The translations under genes were made by a program, and so were the position numbers. A stretch of 52,688 bases of DNA from a virus. Its lineage: Duplodnaviria > Caudoviricetes. A model generated the notes under the pieces. The model saw nothing but the letters and a program-made list of their open reading frames with translations. It did no database searches and was not told the origin of the DNA. Of the stretch, positions 52,412 to 52,688 are shown piece by piece; positions within the stretch are counted from its first letter, which is position 1, and each line of letters starts with the position of its first letter. The stretch spans positions 1 through 52,688 of IMG/VR virus record IMGVR_UViG_3300034123_000003; one strand, given 5' to 3'.

Positions 52412-52688
52412 ATGGCGCAAGGATCAGGCATCTCGAAAGTCCTGCAAAGCTCCCTGGATACGTTTGGCGGGAAGTATTACGGTCCATTGGATTACGTTGG
52501 ATCTTCTAGCTACGTCACGGGTGGAGACAAGATTTCAGCCAAAGCCTTTGGCATGGAGAAAATCCTTACCCTTATCGGTTCCGTAGACAAATCGGACACG
52601 TACACAGTAAAAGGAAGGCCGCTTGCCAATGGCATCTGTGAATGGGATTTGGTTTGGCTTGGCAGCACTGGAGGCGAAGTGGCTGCGG
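52412..52688 (+). CDS. 5' part of the second paralog (MAQGSGISKVLQ...), here in the insert-less form, truncated by the contig end
   Basis: ggag RBS; 47 codons to ATG 52553 (= base 6); after 52663 it continues as bases 783-807. Confidence 0.85.
   Translation, partial: MAQGSGISKVLQSSLDTFGGKYYGPLDYVGSSSYVTGGDKISAKAFGMEKILTLIGSVDKSDTYTVKGRPLANGICEWDLVWLGSTGGEVAA

Noticed and set aside
52548-52688. True direct terminal repeat of the virion DNA
   Set aside because: Falls mid-gene and diverges after 116 bp; better explained as assembly overlap plus an allelic branch

Overview
The window looks like an essentially complete ~52.5-kb tailed dsDNA phage genome. Bases 52548-52663 repeat bases 1-116, so it is circular or permuted, with the break inside a head-associated gene. 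The layout is podovirus-like. A plus-strand late arm runs terS?-terL-RNA ligase-portal-scaffold-major capsid-small head proteins and continues across the junction into adaptor/nozzle-like tail genes and probable ejection proteins. Next come an inverted glycosyltransferase/methyltransferase operon and a fibre-like gene plus lysis module (M15A peptidase). A minus-strand early/middle arm holds ParB-like, excisionase-like HTH, pentapeptide-repeat, SSAP, KTSC, PD-(D/E)xK nuclease, SF2 helicase, primase Zn-finger, HNH and RusA genes. I recognise no integrase, DNA polymerase, tRNA or CRISPR array. A likely outer-membrane beta-barrel gene suggests a diderm host. Top observations: (1) a complete DUF3494 ice-binding domain inserted in-frame into a loop of a duplicated small head protein, with a precise insert-less allele at the contig end, suggesting natural and possibly variable virion display of an ice-binding protein; (2) a holin-like/signal-peptide/beta-barrel polyprotein in the lysis cassette; (3) a 14-bp palindrome GTGYRAYRTYRCAC dispersed over much of the genome; (4) a gene nested inside a KTSC-nuclease read-through ORF; (5) several small genes flanked by duplicated junction sequences. 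All functional calls come from motif recognition by eye and gene order, not database searches.
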